A stretch of 64,000 nucleotides of DNA from Candidatus Woodwardiibium gallinarum (lineage in GTDB: Bacteria > Bacillota > Clostridia > Oscillospirales > CAG-382), in contig CAJFRY010000006.1 of the NCBI GenBank assembly GCA_904419545.1, positions 26,609 to 90,608 of the forward strand, in the 5' to 3' direction. The number at the start of each line of letters is the position of its first letter. The first letter of the stretch is position 1. Below are positions 35,072 through 42,978 of the stretch, piece by piece. Both the position numbers and the translations under genes were made by a program. Under the pieces are notes generated by a model that worked only from the letters and a program-made list of their open reading frames with translations, did no database searches and had not been told where the DNA came from.

Positions 35072-35846
35072 AGCCCTGCCCGACCCTATACGCGCATCTC
35101 TCGGCCCGGGGCCGTTCACGCGCTGCCGCATCGGCCTTTCGGGCGCCGAGGTCTGGCTTTCGGAGGCACAGGCACTTAAAATCGCTCCTGTTTCCATCGA
35201 ATCAGAAACCGAACGGACAGCGCTGCGCTGGCTTCAAGGCCGGCTGCCTGTGCCCGCTTTGCTTGCCGACGCGCGCGAGAACGGCAAAGACTATCTGCTT
35301 ACAAGCCGGCTGGACGCCGTCCCTGCAATCGACGATGCGCTGCTGGACGACCCCGACAGGCTGCTTATCTTTCTCTCCGGCGCACTGCGCGCCCTGCGAA
35401 GCGTGAAAACCGACGGTTGTCCGCTGCCGGATGCAACCGGCGCGAAGCTGCGCGCCGCCCGTGAAAATGTCTTGCGCGGACTCTGCGAGCCGGATGAAGC
35501 GCTGCTGACCGCATATGGCTTTCCCTCCGCCGCTTCCCTGCTCGATTGGCTCGAACGAAACCGCCCGCCCGAGGAACCCGCGTTCACACACGGCGACTGC
35601 TGTCTGCCGAACCTCTTTTTGGATCACGGCGGCAGCGCCTGGTTCCTCGACCTCGGCCGTGCGGGAATCGCCGACGCATATACCGACATCGCACTCTGTC
35701 TGCGCAGCCTGCGGCAGAACCTTGCAGGCGTTTACGGCGGCAAAATCCGTCCGACCATTTCGGAGCAAGTATTTTTCAGCGCGCTGGGGCTGCGGCCGAA
35801 TGAAGAAAAGCTGCGCTATTACACCCTGTTGGACGAATTGCTGTAA
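35043..35846 (+). CDS. aminoglycoside 3'-phosphotransferase family protein (APH(3')-like)
   Basis: 267 aa. FTHGDCCLPNLFLD and FLDLGRAGIADAYTDIALCLRSL match the Brenner and activation motifs of APH(3') kinases. The GTG start overlaps the previous gene by 29 nt. Confidence 0.7.
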   Translation: MKTVSSPWIEALPDPIRASLGPGPFTRCRIGLSGAEVWLSEAQALKIAPVSIESETERTALRWLQGRLPVPALLADARENGKDYLLTSRLDAVPAIDDALLDDPDRLLIFLSGALRALRSVKTDGCPLPDATGAKLRAARENVLRGLCEPDEALLTAYGFPSAASLLDWLERNRPPEEPAFTHGDCCLPNLFLDHGGSAWFLDLGRAGIADAYTDIALCLRSLRQNLAGVYGGKIRPTISEQVFFSALGLRPNEEKLRYYTLLDELL

Positions 35847-35910
35847 TCCTGTTCAGCGGCGGGTGCAATCGCAGAAAACAAATAAAAAAATTTTCCGCAT
35901 TTCTGCGGGG

Positions 35911-35958
35911 CGGCAAACAGAAAATCGGCTTGGAGCCGATTTTCTGTTTGCCGAATAA
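35911..35958 (+). terminator. 19-bp perfect hairpin after the APH gene
   Basis: GGCAAACAGAAAATCGGCT-tgg-AGCCGATTTTCTGTTTGCC. The downstream U-tract is weak. Confidence 0.5.
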
Positions 35959-36032
35959 AACAACGTTTTCGTAAAAAACCGAATGCTGCGTCATCCGCTT
36001 TTTCCGATGACGTGCAAATCGAAAGGAAACCT

Positions 36033-36536
36033 ATGGAATTAAGACTTATAAAACTGTCCGACCAGCCAGATGCCGGCATTTACAATATGCTTCAGGAAAT
36101 ACCGCCGTTTGAAAACGGGTTCGTCAACCCGATGCACGGAAAACCGTTCGGCGAATTCCGCGGATGGCTGCAAAGCTGCAAAGCCGACGCAGAGCAAAAA
36201 GGGCTGTTGGACGGCTGGAAGGTACCCGAAAGCACCTATTGGCTCTATGACGGCGACAGGCCTGTCGGATACGGAAAAATACGTCATTTTTTAACCGAAA
36301 AGCTGCGCAAGGACGGCGGAAGCATCGGTTATGCAGTCCGTCCCTCCGAGCGACGGAAAGGATACGGTACAGCCTTCCTTCACCTGCTGCTTGTACAGTG
36401 TGCAGAGCTCAATGTCCCGGAGGTCCTCCTCACCATCCGCAAAGACAACCTGCCCTCACAGAAAGTCGCTTTGGCCAATTCCGGCATCATCGAACGCCTC
36501 TCGGACGAAACCTGTTATATCCGAATCCCTCGCTGA
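36033..36536 (+). CDS. GNAT family N-acetyltransferase
   Basis: MELRLIKLSD... and the acetyl-CoA-binding stretch RPSERRKGYGTAFL. RBS aaaggaaac. Confidence 0.75.
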   Translation: MELRLIKLSDQPDAGIYNMLQEIPPFENGFVNPMHGKPFGEFRGWLQSCKADAEQKGLLDGWKVPESTYWLYDGDRPVGYGKIRHFLTEKLRKDGGSIGYAVRPSERRKGYGTAFLHLLLVQCAELNVPEVLLTIRKDNLPSQKVALANSGIIERLSDETCYIRIPR

Positions 36537-36581
36537 CAAGCCGGGACGTTGTAACAGATTGCAGAAAAATTTGCACTCCTA

Positions 36582-36610
36582 TTGACAATCGTTTGCATTT
36601 ATGCTATACT
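36582..36610 (+). promoter_or_regulatory. strong sigma-70-like promoter of perR-rbr
   Basis: TTGACA, 17-nt spacer, TATACT, 36 nt upstream of the perR ATG. Confidence 0.6.
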
Positions 36611-36646
36611 TATGCGTGAAGAAAACAAAGCAAGGAGGCTGAGCGC

Positions 36647-37081
36647 ATGGCCTTTGAACGGATGACCGGGCAGCGCAGGCTGATCCTCGAAGCCGTTTTG
36701 CGGGCGGACGACCATCCGACCGCGATGCAGATCTATGAGCGCGTAGCAGCAGAGATGCCGAACGTGAGTCTGACGACGGTCTACCGCAACCTGAACCGGC
36801 TGACCGCAGACGGCAAGATCCGCCGGATCACCATTCCCAACGAGCCGGACCGCTTCGACAAAACCGTTTATGACCATTACCACATCGCGTGCGAGGTCTG
36901 CGGTTTCTTCGGGGACGTTACGAGCGTCCCGTTCGACAGCTCGATCCCAAGGCGCGTCGCAAAAGAGAGCGGCTACGCGCTGCGTGCAAACGAAATCATC
37001 TTTCGGGGCGTGTGCCCGAGCTGCCAGGCAAAAATAAAAAAAGAAAAGGAGCTTATGCATTATGGAACTGAAAGGATCTAA
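36647..37081 (+). CDS. perR: Fur-family regulator, PerR-like
   Basis: 144 aa. A winged-helix N-terminus ([24 protein letters not shown]), plus [10 protein letters not shown] and CPSC metal sites. It overlaps the rubrerythrin start. Confidence 0.8.
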   Translation: MAFERMTGQRRLILEAVLRADDHPTAMQIYERVAAEMPNVSLTTVYRNLNRLTADGKIRRITIPNEPDRFDKTVYDHYHIACEVCGFFGDVTSVPFDSSIPRRVAKESGYALRANEIIFRGVCPSCQAKIKKEKELMHYGTERI

Positions 37082-37601
37082 AACCGAAGCCAATTTGATG
37101 ACCGCCTTCTCCGGCGAGAGCCAGGCGCGGAACAAGTATACCTTCTATGCAAGTAAGGCGCGCAAGGAGGGCTACGTACAGATCGCGGAGATTTTTGAAG
37201 AAACCGCGAATAACGAGAAGGAACACGCGAAGATCTGGTTCAAGCTGCTGCACGGCGGCGAGATGCCGGATACCGCTGCCAACCTGCTGGACGCGGCCAA
37301 CGGCGAGAATTACGAGTGGACGGATATGTACGCCACTTTCGCCAAAGAAGCCAAAGAGGAAGGCTTCACGAAGATCGCCGCCCTTTTTGAGATGGTCGGC
37401 AACATTGAAAAGGAGCACGAGGAGCGTTACAGAAAGCTGCTTTCCAAGGTAGAAGGCGGCACGGTGTTCATCAGCGAAGACGTCGCCATCTGGCAGTGCG
37501 GCAACTGCGGTCACATCGTCGTCGGCAAGAAGGCGCCCGAGATCTGCCCCGTCTGCGAGCATCCGAAGGCATACTTCCGCATCAAGGCAGAAAACTATTA
37601 A
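37062..37601 (+). CDS. rbr: rubrerythrin
   Basis: 179 aa. Ferritin-like diiron ExxH motifs and a C-terminal rubredoxin CGNCG...CPVC. Confidence 0.9.
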   Translation: MELKGSKTEANLMTAFSGESQARNKYTFYASKARKEGYVQIAEIFEETANNEKEHAKIWFKLLHGGEMPDTAANLLDAANGENYEWTDMYATFAKEAKEEGFTKIAALFEMVGNIEKEHEERYRKLLSKVEGGTVFISEDVAIWQCGNCGHIVVGKKAPEICPVCEHPKAYFRIKAENY

Positions 37602-37604
37602 ATG

Positions 37605-37644
37605 CAAAAAAGCGTATGGAGCAACCGTCTCCATACGCTTTTTA
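37605..37644 (+). terminator. rho-independent terminator of rbr
   Basis: AGCGTATGGAG-caaccgt-CTCCATACGCT followed by TTTT. Confidence 0.85.
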
Positions 37645-37696
37645 CCGTAGGCAGCCCTGTTCTCCAAAGCAAAGCCGCACGAAAAAATGTCATGCT

Positions 37697-37800
37697 ATTT
37701 CTTGATAAAACGGTTTTCAGCCGTTTTATCAACCGCGGCAAATGTCGCGGCCTGCAAATCCGAACGGATTTGCAGGAAATAAATATTGTACGGCATATTC
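37697..37800 (+). repeat. three-hairpin intergenic element, copy a (candidate structured RNA or regulatory cassette)
   Basis: P1 TTGATAAAACGG-ttttcag-CCGTTTTATCAA. P2 CCGCG-gcaaatgt-CGCGG. P3 CCTGCAAATCC-gaac-GGATTTGCAGG. Then AAATAAATATTGTACGGCATATTC. About 85% identical to 60892-60998. Confidence 0.75.
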
Positions 37801-37911
37801 CGCCGCGTTTCATGCCGGGAGCGGAAAAACGGACCGGATACCAAGCGCACGTTTCAGGCTGCACAGGATGAAAAAGACAACGGCTCAACAATCCGCAGGG
37901 GGACACTGGAT

Positions 37912-38484
37912 ATGCATTCTATTATCAACCCTTGCACTGGAATCAGGATTGCGGTGCACAAAGGATAAAAAATTGAAATTACCGATATAAAGGGCGGACA
38001 GGTTGTCGATTTCTTCGCTGAAATGCAATGCGACGATGCCGAATTTCTGTCTCCGGGGGTTACCATCGACTGCAATGCGTCATTGCGCATACGGGTCGGA
38101 GATCTGCTCTATTCCAATAAATACAGACCGATGCTCCGCGTTTTATATGACGACGTCGGGGAGCACGACCTACTGCACCCCTGTTGCCGGCCTGAGATGT
38201 ATGATTTCTTTTATCACAATGGCAAGGGACACCCGAACTGCTTGGACAATATCAACAAGGCGCTGGGAAAAACGCGCCCCAATCTGCTTCCCGTTAATTT
38301 ATTCATGCACACAAGGATCAACGCAGACGGAAGCATCGAAGTGTGCGAGCCTTTATCCGAAGCAAACGATAAAATTGTCCTTGAAGCACTGGAGGATATG
38401 GACCTGGGAATCGCCGCGTGCAGTGTTTCTGAAAGCGCCTGCAACGGCGGAGCCTGTACCGCCGTTGCGGTCAAGGTAGAGTAA
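37912..38484 (+). pseudogene. DUF1989 (urea-carboxylase-associated-like) gene with an in-frame TAA at 37966-37968
   Basis: MHSIINPCTGIRIAVHKG-TAA-KIEITDIKGGQVVDFFAEMQCDD... is continuous in a single frame. RBS aggggg lies before the ATG at 37912. The downstream 153-aa ORF (38023-38484) lacks the family N-terminus. Confidence 0.55.
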
Positions 38485-38540
38485 CACGCCAATTTTTACG
38501 GCATTTGCTTAAGCGTAATGCAAAATTGCACAAAGCCTAC

Positions 38541-38644
38541 GCATAATCAGATTTTGCGATGGCTTTTGCCGAGCATAATCAGATTTTGCGATGGCTTTTG
38601 CCGAGCATAATCAGATTTTGCGATGGCTTTTGCCGAGCATAATC
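38541..38644. repeat. perfect 32-bp tandem repeat, 3.25 copies (core of repeat family 1, copy B spanning 38522-38701)
   Basis: The unit gcataatcagattttgcgatggcttttgccga starts at 38541, 38573 and 38605 with no mismatch. A partial fourth unit (8 nt) runs into cttatataatggg. Confidence 0.95.
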
Positions 38645-38899
38645 TTATATAATGGGCCATACGAAGGTTTTGCGCCTTACCGTTTGATTGCGTTTTAAGT
38701 AACGGATACAGTTTCCGAAAAGGCCTCCCTGTGAAAAAAGCTGTCAGCGAAGCGGACTGAGAGATTTACGCCCCCTTTCGTCCCTGCGAGGCGCCTCACC
38801 TTATACACAGGAGGCTTTGGGGCAGCGGTATACTGCACGGCATACGCAGTAAGTGTATAATAAAGCGCCTTTATAATCTGTTCGATAAATAAGAAGTGG

Positions 38900-39370
38900 T
38901 TAAATCATTCTAATCGGGAAAAACATATAATTCTTTCCGTTTAGGGGACAGCAAAAATCGCATACGGCTCCAACCAAGGTGAGATTATTCGCCTTCATAT
39001 AGTCTAATACCTCCGAAAATGTATTATCATTTTCAACCTCAGCGTAAATGGATTCATAGCCCGGAATTGTCCATTTTGTCCATCCCTCGGGCGCTTCGGC
39101 ATCATCAATACATTCAACGCCGGCAAGGTATAACCCTTTGCTGAAGTTATCTTCCCACGGTTTGTATAAACGGGAAAAATCGGACATTGCGCCCCAAATA
39201 CCAACCAAATTGCCATTTTCGTCTTTTTTGGCTAACGGCTGAACTTCACTGAAATGAGAGTTTGCATCCGACCATAATTTTTGAATAAATCCTTGACCCT
39301 CCAAAGTTGAACCTTCTTTACCAATCACAACAAAAGCATTCTTCGTGTATTTTTCAATCCTCATACGCAC
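38900..39370 (-). CDS. GyrI-like (AraC effector-binding/SOUL-type) small-molecule-binding domain protein
   Basis: 156 aa. MRIEKYTKNAFVVIGKEG...WTKWTIPGYESIYAEV pattern. The gene is low in GC relative to its flanks. Confidence 0.6.
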   Translation of the reverse strand: MRMRIEKYTKNAFVVIGKEGSTLEGQGFIQKLWSDANSHFSEVQPLAKKDENGNLVGIWGAMSDFSRLYKPWEDNFSKGLYLAGVECIDDAEAPEGWTKWTIPGYESIYAEVENDNTFSEVLDYMKANNLTLVGAVCDFCCPLNGKNYMFFPIRMI

Positions 39371-39408
39371 TCCGTCAATTTCAAAAGTTTATCAGTCTGT
39401 TTATCACA

Positions 39409-39454
39409 CAAAAAAATACAAGCGCAGCCACAGCAGAATCAACTGTTGTGGCTG
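39409..39454 (-). terminator. rho-independent terminator of paaK-ACT operon
   Basis: The minus strand reads GCAGCCACA-acagttgattctgc-TGTGGCTGC, followed by gcttgtaTTTTTTT. Confidence 0.7.
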
Positions 39455-39567
39455 CCAACTGTCTTATGGCTCCTGCTCATTATGTCAGGGGATTTGCGTT
39501 CCTTGCTTTTTTGTGCGGTTATGATGCAAAAGGCGGGATTCCCTCGATATCATACGAGTACGCGTGG

Positions 39568-39963
39568 TTAGGCCGTTTCAGCGAGCAGTGCGGCGGCTTT
39601 TTCCGTATCATCGACGCGCATGACGACGACGGCGCCGTTTTCCTCATGCGTCAGATAAGCATAAAGATATTCCACATCAATGCCGTTCTCGGTCAGCTTT
39701 GCGAGGATGCGCGCCAGCGCGCCCGGCCGGTCGCCGAGCGGGACGGCGAGCACGTCGGTCAGCGTAGCGGTGACGTTGTTTTCCGCCAGTATGGCAGCCA
39801 CCTCCTCAGGCTTGTCGGCAATCAGCCGCAGGATTCCGAAGCTGGTCGTGTCGGCGATTGAAAGCGCACGGAGGTTGATATGCTTTTCCGCCAGCAGCCC
39901 TGTAACAGAGGCGAGCCTGCCCTTGCGGTTCTCCAAAAACACGGATACCTGTTTGATGATCAT
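39568..39963 (-). CDS. ACT domain-containing protein
   Basis: 131 aa. MIIKQVSVFLENRKGRLASVTGLL is typical of the tandem-ACT proteins found downstream of paaK. Confidence 0.8.
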   Translation of the reverse strand: MIIKQVSVFLENRKGRLASVTGLLAEKHINLRALSIADTTSFGILRLIADKPEEVAAILAENNVTATLTDVLAVPLGDRPGALARILAKLTENGIDVEYLYAYLTHEENGAVVVMRVDDTEKAAALLAETA

Positions 39964-39999
39964 ACCCCAAAAGCTCCTTTCCGTTTTAACCTGCGCCCT

Positions 40000-41301
40000 T
40001 CAGCGCAGCGTGCGGTTGTCAATGACGCGCTTGGCCTTGCCCTCGCTGCGCGGCAGCGACGACGGCTCGACAAACGTGACCTTGGCCGCAATGCCCAGTG
40101 TCGATTCAATGGACGCGCGGATCTTCGCTTCCAGCTCCTCGATGCCGCGCATGCTGTCGGAAAATGCATCCGCCGACAGTTCAACCTTGATCTCCATAAC
40201 ATCAAGGTTGTTGACACGGTCAACATGGATCATATAATACGGTTCCACCTGTCCGACGGACAGCAGAACGCTCTCGATCTGCGACGGGAACACGTTGACC
40301 CCACGGATGATCAGCATATCGTCGCTTCGGCCGGTGATGCGCGCCATCCGTGTCAGCGTGCGGCCGCAGGCGCATCGCTCGTGCGTGATGCTGGAAATAT
40401 CGTGTGTATTGTAGCGCAGCAGCGGCAGCCCGCGCTTGGTCAGCGTGGTGAATACGACTTCTCCCTTTTCACCGTCAGGCACGTTCTTCCCTGTCGCCGG
40501 ATCGACAATTTCGATCAGGAAGTGATCGTCGTTCACATGCAGACCGTCCGAGCCGTCACAGCCAAAGGAAACACCCGGTCCGCTGATCTCCGAAAGACCG
40601 TAGATATCATAGGCCCTGATGCCCAGCCGCTTCTCGATTTCCTCCTTCATCCGTACTGTCCACGGTTCAGCGCCGAACAGGCCGGCCTTGAGATGGATCG
40701 AGGAAACCGGAATATTGTTTTTTTCCATTGTATCGCCGATATACAGCGCATAAGACGGCGTGCAGCAGAGCATCGTCGAGCCGTAATCCTGCAGCATCGT
40801 GATCTGACGTGCGGTATTGCCCGTTGATGCGGGGATGACCGTCGCTCCGATGCGCTCAGCGCCGCCGTGCAGGCCCAGCCCGCCGGTGAACAGGCCATAG
40901 CCGTAGCAGACCTGAATAATGTCCTTCCTTGTGCCGCCGGCGCAGGTCAGCGCGCGCGCCACACATTCGTCCCACAGTGCCAAATCGCCCGCCGTATAGC
41001 CGACGACCGTCGCCTTCCCCGTCGTGCCGGAAGAAGCATGAATACGAACAATTTCTTCCATCGGAACGGCCAGCAGGCCATAGGGATAGTTATCGCGCAG
41101 ATCGGTCTTGGAGGTAAACGGCAGCTTCTCCAGATCCTTTGCCGTGCGGATGTCCCCGGGCTGCGCGCCGGCTTCGTCAAACATCTTTTTGTAGAACGGA
41201 ACGCGGTCATATGTATAGCGCACCTGCTCGCGCAGCCGTTCATCCTGCAGCGCACGCAGGCGCTCGGCATCCATCGTTTCGATTTCTTCGTTCCAGTACA
41301 T
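40000..41301 (-). CDS. paaK: phenylacetate--CoA ligase
   Basis: MYWNEEIETMDAERLRALQDERL..., AMP-binding SSGTTGK, and YDIYGLSE. The Met at 41301 was chosen over the ORF-track start at 41364. Confidence 0.9.
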   Translation of the reverse strand: MYWNEEIETMDAERLRALQDERLREQVRYTYDRVPFYKKMFDEAGAQPGDIRTAKDLEKLPFTSKTDLRDNYPYGLLAVPMEEIVRIHASSGTTGKATVVGYTAGDLALWDECVARALTCAGGTRKDIIQVCYGYGLFTGGLGLHGGAERIGATVIPASTGNTARQITMLQDYGSTMLCCTPSYALYIGDTMEKNNIPVSSIHLKAGLFGAEPWTVRMKEEIEKRLGIRAYDIYGLSEISGPGVSFGCDGSDGLHVNDDHFLIEIVDPATGKNVPDGEKGEVVFTTLTKRGLPLLRYNTHDISSITHERCACGRTLTRMARITGRSDDMLIIRGVNVFPSQIESVLLSVGQVEPYYMIHVDRVNNLDVMEIKVELSADAFSDSMRGIEELEAKIRASIESTLGIAAKVTFVEPSSLPRSEGKAKRVIDNRTLR

Positions 41302-41398
41302 TGAAAATCCCCACACCCTATCTTTCCAAGCTATATAGGTGCAGTATACCAAATTTCGCACCAAAAGTCAAGAAAATCCCTTATACGAAACTCAGGCA

Positions 41399-41436
41399 GA
41401 ACTGTACAAAAAGCCGAGCAAAATTTTATATATAGA
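41399..41436. repeat. dispersed intergenic repeat family 1, copy C (no full 32-bp unit)
   Basis: gaactgtacaaaaagccgagcaaaattttatatatag matches the 5' and 3' ends of copies A and B, without the internal unit. Confidence 0.55.
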
Positions 41437-41488
41437 TTCAGTGAAGTTTTTTATCAACCGTTTTTCGGGCTTTCGTATTTTATCCGCT

Positions 41489-41516
41489 TTACAGCGCCGT
41501 TCGGATATGATATAAT
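41489..41516 (+). promoter_or_regulatory. candidate promoter of ahcY leader
   Basis: TTACAG, 16-nt spacer, TATAAT. This implies a leader of about 220 nt. Confidence 0.45.
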
Positions 41517-41742
41517 AATATTTGTTAGAGAACCGCTCAATTCATACAATGCGTATTTCCCGCCGGGACGCCGCAGCGCTTCAGCGCAAGGTTCAAGGAT
41601 TCCGGGCCGTTTTGCCCAATCGCCCTGTACTTGAACAAAGCTGATTGTCCTCGAAATCCTTCGCGTTCAAGGCTTGCTGCTTTGTTCGGTACGCATTGTA
41701 ACAACAGAAAAGCAATATTTCGGAAAGGAAGCGTAAATCCAT

Positions 41743-42978
41743 ATGAGCAAAATTAAAGACGTCGCCCTCGCGCCGTCGGGTGAGCTGAAAATAGACTGGG
41801 TCAAGCGCAACTGCCCGCTGCTGCGCACGCTGGAAAGCGAGTTCACCGCCGAGAAGCCGTTCGCCGGGCTGCGCATCGCGCTGTCGGTACACCTGGAAGC
41901 CAAGACCGCCTACCTCTGCCGCGTACTGGCAGCAGGCGGCGCGGAAATGTACATCACCGGCTCCAACCCCCTCTCCACGCAGGATGACGTGGCCGCCGCG
42001 CTTGTACAGGGCGGGCTGGAGGTGTTCGCCGCTTACGGCTGCTCCGAAGCCGAATATGAGGCCAACATCCGCGCCGTTCTTGCCAATAACTGCAACATCA
42101 TCATCGACGACGGCGGCGACCTCGTCGGCACGCTGCACGAGGAAATGCCCGATAAATTGCAGTACGTCCTCGGCGGCTGCGAAGAGACGACAACCGGCAT
42201 CATCCGTCTGAAGGCGATGGCATCCAAAGGGACTCTGCGCTTCCCGATGATCCTCGTCAACGACGCCGACTGCAAGCACCTGTTCGACAACCGCTACGGC
42301 ACCGGGCAGTCGGTCTGGGACGGCATCAACCGCACAACCAACCTCATCGTGGCGGGCAAGACCGTCGTCGTCGCCGGCTACGGCTGGTGCGGCAAGGGCG
42401 TGGCGATGCGCGCAAAGGGGCTGGGCGCGAAGGTCATCGTCACCGAGGTCGACCCCGTCAAGGCCATCGAGGCGGTGATGGACGGGTTCGAGGTAATGAA
42501 GATGAACGACGCGGCCCGGCTGGGCGACTTCTTTGTCACGGTCACCGGCTGCTCGGAGGTCATCACCGAGCGCGACTTCGCCGTGATGAAGAACGGTGCG
42601 CTGCTGTCCAACGCGGGGCATTTCAACGTCGAGGTGGACGTGGAGGCGCTCGAGCGCGTCGCCGTGGAGAAAAAGGAAATGCGCAAGAACATCTGCGGCT
42701 ATAAAATGCCCAACGGCAACTGGCTCTACCTGCTGGCCGAGGGACGGCTGGTCAATCTCGCCGCGGGAGACGGCCATCCGGCGGAAATTATGGACATGAG
42801 CTTCGCCATCCAGGCGCTGAGCGCGCGCTATCTCGCGCAGCACAAGGGAGAGCTGACCGAAAAGCTCGTCCCCGTCCCGACCGAGGTCGACCGCCGCGTG
42901 GCGTCGATGGAGCTGGCGTTTATGGGCAAGGAGATCGACACGCTCACCGACCGGCAGAAAGCCTATCTGGCGCAGTAG
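41743..42978 (+). CDS. ahcY: adenosylhomocysteinase
   Basis: 411 aa. NAD-binding GYGWCGKG, plus EVDPVKAIEAVMDGF and GHFNVE motifs. Confidence 0.95.
   Translation: MSKIKDVALAPSGELKIDWVKRNCPLLRTLESEFTAEKPFAGLRIALSVHLEAKTAYLCRVLAAGGAEMYITGSNPLSTQDDVAAALVQGGLEVFAAYGCSEAEYEANIRAVLANNCNIIIDDGGDLVGTLHEEMPDKLQYVLGGCEETTTGIIRLKAMASKGTLRFPMILVNDADCKHLFDNRYGTGQSVWDGINRTTNLIVAGKTVVVAGYGWCGKGVAMRAKGLGAKVIVTEVDPVKAIEAVMDGFEVMKMNDAARLGDFFVTVTGCSEVITERDFAVMKNGALLSNAGHFNVEVDVEALERVAVEKKEMRKNICGYKMPNGNWLYLLAEGRLVNLAAGDGHPAEIMDMSFAIQALSARYLAQHKGELTEKLVPVPTEVDRRVASMELAFMGKEIDTLTDRQKAYLAQ

Noticed and set aside
38541-38644. Possible CRISPR array.
   Set aside because: The 32-bp units are directly contiguous with no spacers, there are only 3.25 copies, and no cas genes are nearby. 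This is a plain tandem repeat.
41517-41742. Calling the ahcY leader an SAH or SAM riboswitch.
   Set aside because: The core sequences that I remember for the SAH (AGGAGCGCUGCGA/ACGGCGCUC) and SAM-I classes are not present. Only the generic architecture is suggestive.
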